Assembly (NCBI GenBank): GCA_002633005.1
Contig: NMRA01000002.1
Location: forward strand, 450,044-514,043
Direction: 5' to 3'
DNA from: Phoronis australis
Taxonomy: Eukaryota; Animalia; Phoronida
Length of the DNA stretch: 64,000 nt
A program made the translations under genes and the position numbers. Positions 60,101 through 64,000 of this stretch are shown piece by piece; position 1 is the first letter of the stretch, and each line of letters starts with the position of its first letter. The notes beneath the pieces are model-generated. The model worked only from the letters and a program-made list of their open reading frames with translations. It did no database searches and had not been told where the DNA came from.

Positions 60101-62734
60101 CCGTAATTTGTTATCAAGTTTTTGCTGTAGCGGTAGGATCGAGCATTTGGATTTAGAGGTTGGATGGAATTAGTGGTTCTGGTCATTGCTGATCTGTAGC
60201 TGTTAGGGATAGAATGTCTAGTCATTGGCTTTGAAGTTTTTTCCAGTTTCGATGACTCATATCACTGAATTGTTTCTCCTCCTTGATAGTGAATTTTGAT
60301 CACAATTGTACATATCTGGTTATAAGCAAGGTTGTTAATGTAGTCCTGGTGGGGGGTTCTTTGTCTTGGTTAGTAGGGGGTGCTGTCGTGCATTCAAAAA
60401 CCAGACCAATGCAACACCTAAGAAATAAGTACCTGGGATTTCTAAAAGAACCCTGATCTCTTTCAGAAACAATGTTAATATTAAGTACCCTCCGTTAAGG
60501 CTCTTTCAGGATCATTGGGTATATGGCACCATACATGTGGTAAGTTTTTCAAAAAAGCCCTCCTCTCTTTTGCAAAAGACTGGAGCTGTTTTTGGATGCA
60601 AAATTACTTTAAGTGGTGAAATGAACATTCCAGAACGAGCCACCAGGAGGCTATTTCTGAAATCACCAAAACGGCACACAACCTCGTCCAAGATAGTAGC
60701 ACTTTTGTTGAAGGATCTCCACACATCTTGTCATTATGTCAATTCCCTCTCAGATTTATTTTGTCTTTTTGCGCATGTCTGTTTTTCTATTTTTCACATT
60801 TGTTCACCCTTTCACAAAAAGCATAGTAAATTGGTTTTCAACTTTTTTCGTCACTAGTAGTCAAATAAGGTGTCCTTGGAAGTTGGTAGCAACGTGGCAG
60901 TTAGAAACAATGTGGCAGTTCGGTCTTGCTTGAGACAAGACTCTCCAGGTTGACTTAACACATCATGCCAATTTATTCGCCGAGCGTGGTCATAAGTATA
61001 ACGAACTGTCAGTTCTTGCAAGTCCAAGAATCATTTTCCGCTTGAGTAAGGATTTTTTAAAGATATAAGTTAAGACTAGTCTTGGGTAAGTGTTCAAAAT
61101 TAAAAGTTATCTTTTGTCAGAGCGCGGGTTTATTCATTTTCATGCTCATATTTATTGTTGTCATCTCAGTGTTGTCATGACATGATCCACATTTTCTTTG
61201 TTCTCCTTTGATCATCATCATTGTCTCATCATCAGTCACTTGGTAGCTGTTGTCACTGTTCTGTTCACCTTTTCATTCTATTTTTGTTAGTTTTCATTTA
61301 GCGATGCTGTAATACATGAGGACAAGTATTCAGGTATTAAAACTAAATATTATCTACGCGATCAATGGATGTATTATCCCTACATGTTCATAAAATCATA
61401 AAAAGTCCTATTTTTAGGGTTGCCCCTCGTTCAGAAGTGGAAGATTTTAAAATCAATTCCTAACAGCGTTTTAGATAAAAGTGCATGAATTATGTTGTCC
61501 GAAAGTTTCATATTTATCCAATCAGCCATTTTTGAAATACGGTGTTCTAAGTTTGTTAGCTTTTTAAGGTCCTGCATAACTGTGTGTTTGACCCAGAAAA
61601 ATGTCAAAATTTGGCTAATTTTAGAACTTACTCTTAAATGTGGTCAATCAGATTCATATGAAACCTTCAGATACAATGCTTTTTGCACTGCTCTCCAAAC
61701 TGCACTTCCACTTTTGCATGAGGTGACGATATCATCCAAAAACAGGATTCACATTTTAATTTATTTTTGGTGATATTTTGCAAATACACAGATTTGTCAA
61801 TAGAGTCCTAAATAACCTTTAAAATGATAAAGCTTATATTTGGCATTACTTTATCTATGAGGAAATAAAATTTTATTTGATGGCTATATTATGTCCTAAA
61901 TACAGTGCTGTGGTGGTAAAATTAGATGTAAGTAGGCATCCAAAGCCCATGGTATCATCTTGAGCACTGAATTCGCACAAACCTCACAAACAAGTAGGCC
62001 TATTTTTGACTCACAATTGGCGAATCTTGGATGCCGCAGAAAGGGGGCCCAACCACACACATAGGAAGGCAAAGGTCCGAATGCATTCCCAGCAGTCTCT
62101 GAAGGGGACCCAAACACAGTTATAAAGAAAAATATTCGTGTAACGCCAAGAACGATATGCTGGTGGTGGTTTTAGTCGCCTGTGGGGTATGCCCTCGGGG
62201 GGCCCTTCGATCGTCTGTTGACTAACCGATTCATTTTACGGAATCCTCATTCACATCCAGCTGTACTGCAATAAAGAGTCTCGCTGCATAATGTAAAAAG
62301 ATGGTTGGCTGCACCTACATGCGCCTACGCCCCACTATAAGGTAACTTACGGTGTGTAGGTGCTATGTTCAAATGCCAAAAGGTGGTTGGCTGCGCCCCA
62401 TTACAGCACTGCCTAAATAATAGAGATGTTACCAATATGCATTGTATTATCATATGTGTTGAAAGTAGTGGTTGAACTTCAGCATGATTCTATGACTTGC
62501 AGGTCTTTGCAATCATCGTGTTTGGATGTATAGCATCTGGTGGCTGGTTTGAAAGGGACAAGATCTACTTGTGCCAGATGGGCGGTGACTCCAACGCATG
62601 CGGCTTCGGCACGGGTATTGGCGTTATTGCGTTCTGTGCATGTATTGGGTTTCTTGTCCTTGACGCCGTCTTCGAGCAGCTCAGTGGCATTCAGCATAGA
62701 AAATATGTCGTCATGGCCGACATGGGATTCTCAG
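51141..62734 (+). CDS. SYNGR: Synaptogyrin (MARVEL-domain vesicle protein), first two coding exons; partial, continues beyond the window
   Basis: Exon 51141-51239 (MEGGAYGAGKAGAPFDPIVFIKKPQVIVRIVSW|gtaagt) joins in phase 0 to exon 62503-62734 (VFAIIVFGCIASGGW...NACGFGTGIGVIAF...HRKYVVMADMGFSG|gtgaga). The N-terminus is typical of synaptogyrins. Confidence 0.93.
51922..52052 (+). mobile_element. Second, diverged tRNA-containing solo-LTR-like element
   Basis: TGTAGT...ACTACA termini and a B box GGTTCGAATCT (52018-52028). It shares ATATGA..GCCTCT, TCGC..ACGGGCAATTGC and GGTGAT with the 25487-25643 element. No TSD is visible beside the (GT)n tract. Confidence 0.6.
52470..52975 (+). repeat. Older local duplication of about 500 bp; partner at about 55665-56220
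   Basis: Shared AAGCTACAAGTTT, TTCAGCTTTCAGTAGAAAC, TCATTGATTTCTTTTCAAG, ATTGACCAGATGTGTC and CAGAAACATGTA. Confidence 0.75.
54465..54532 (+). mobile_element. tRNA-derived SINE-like head (Pol III)
   Basis: B box GGTTCGATTCC at 54512-54522 and a degenerate A box (CAACTCAGCCAGC). No valid cloverleaf. Confidence 0.5.
54644..54732 (-). ncRNA. Candidate type I hammerhead ribozyme
   Basis: The minus strand reads UGAAG-CUGAUGA-GU(CAGCA)AC-GAAA-CUG-UGACGAUA...UAUUGUCG-AA-UAG-UC-UUCA. It has an intact core, a 2-bp stem II, an extended stem III and a GUC triplet. Stem I is imperfect by one nucleotide. Confidence 0.65.
55945..59644. repeat. ~1.85-kb tandem duplication (55945-57782 / 57784-59644), probably an uncollapsed haplotype
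   Basis: Near-identical copies joined at a single n (57783). Confidence 0.9.
56960..57340. mobile_element. Harbinger-like MITE (GTCCACAC/GTGTGGAC termini); second copy at about 58805-59200
   Basis: Inverted termini near TTAA and internal palindromic CAAGTTG/CAACTT motifs. Confidence 0.5.
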
Positions 62735-63339
62735 GTGAGATTGATAATTGAAGGAACTATTAACGTGCTGACGGAAGTCTTGGTATCATTATGAAATTAA
62801 AAGATGTGTAAAACTTCGTTGAAATCCTGCTTTTCTTAATAAAACATCAACTTGTGTGAGGTTCCTGAACAGTCCGCAACAGTATGTTTAATCTGCATAC
62901 TTATTTACGATTCTCCATGCAACATGGGTACAAAGATAAAAAGCATTATGGAGATGATTGAAATTTCTCGTCTCATTGTCAGCTCGTGTCAGTTGCACCA
63001 CCTAGTGGCCACTGATTGCTACGAATCATAGTGGGAGGTCACGATTGCAGACGACCAAACCTTTGAAGGTGGCAACAGGCCATGTACACTAATTGCATCT
63101 GGTGATCGTATAGTGTCATTTCTCTGCCAGTTGGTGCAGGCTAATGTACCGACTTTCCCTTGACAGCTTTGTGTTCAAATTACAGAGACAAAAGTGGACG
63201 TATGAACTATTAGAGATGAAACTCAAGTGTTCGAACTGTTGGAAATAAAACATTGATAATAACATCGAATTACTGAAGACAATGATACCCTCGTGATAGT
63301 GGTTTGGCAATTTATATCGTATAATACGTAACAAATTAT

Positions 63340-64000
63340 TGTCCCAGTTGATGGATTTACTTCAAGGTATAATACTTGAATGCAGTGTCACTTTATTACT
63401 TGGCGAAATAAATTTGTACATAACTTGTATCTCCAGAAGTACTGGGAGCCTATTGTTTTTCGTCATAATCGGATCCAAGATGGCGGCCATTTTGTTTTCA
63501 TTTAAAGGTTCAAATGCTTCTGGAGGCTACAATTTTTTACGTACAAGGCTAAGAATCGGCATAGTAAATGGACCAGAGATGTGCTACAAGAATACCGGAA
63601 ATTGTTTACTTCCGATTAAAGATGGCGGAAATATCGGCGATCGCGCATGCGCACCTCGATTTTAGCCTAAAAACGTTTTCTCCTGTAGAGGGTGCATTAT
63701 AGGGCCAATTCCTTCGAATTTTTGCAGTTATTAGTTTCTTATGACATGCTATTGTACATAGCCAAAAAACCGGAAGTTGTTTTCAAGATGGCGGATCTGG
63801 CGCATGTTGACCCATTTTCAGTCGTGCTGGAGTGCCATTTTAAACGGGAAGAGAAAAAGACATGATTTTTTTTGCATGTGGATTCTTTGAAGTATACTAG
63901 CCTTTCAAATGACCAGTAACAATTTTTTCTCAGACTTACCGTTTTCAAGTTATTTGACTTTGAAATTCTAAAAACGCAAAATTTCATTTTTTTCGAAAAA
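63340..64000 (+). mobile_element. Probable HINE-like repeat, CpG-rich, may continue past the window end
   Basis: Three internal units each containing AAGATGGCGG (near 63477, 63619 and 63785) and ACCGGAA motifs. Confidence 0.4.

Overview
Eukaryotic genomic DNA, AT-rich, from an invertebrate bilaterian (probably a lophotrochozoan; this is inference). It holds two head-to-head gene pairs. The first is Rac1-like GTPase (minus strand, 5 coding exons, 193 aa, 17-kb first intron) with WDR13 (plus strand, 13 exons, 469 aa, one U12-type intron). The second is ZNF598 (minus strand, 6 exons, 1029 aa) with the first two coding exons of a synaptogyrin (plus strand, running out of the window). The introns carry many mobile elements: a 4.3-kb TA-flanked non-autonomous TIR element, tRNA-containing TG...CA solo LTRs (Helenus-TRIM-like), Penelope remnants, a Helentron-like element and several MITE families. 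A candidate type I hammerhead ribozyme lies antisense to a tRNA-like Pol III head. Two apparent tandem duplications at single 'n' bases are probably uncollapsed haplotypes, and a 338-N gap appears to hide one Harbinger-type MITE. All exon boundaries were read by eye and checked for phase; no database searches were run.
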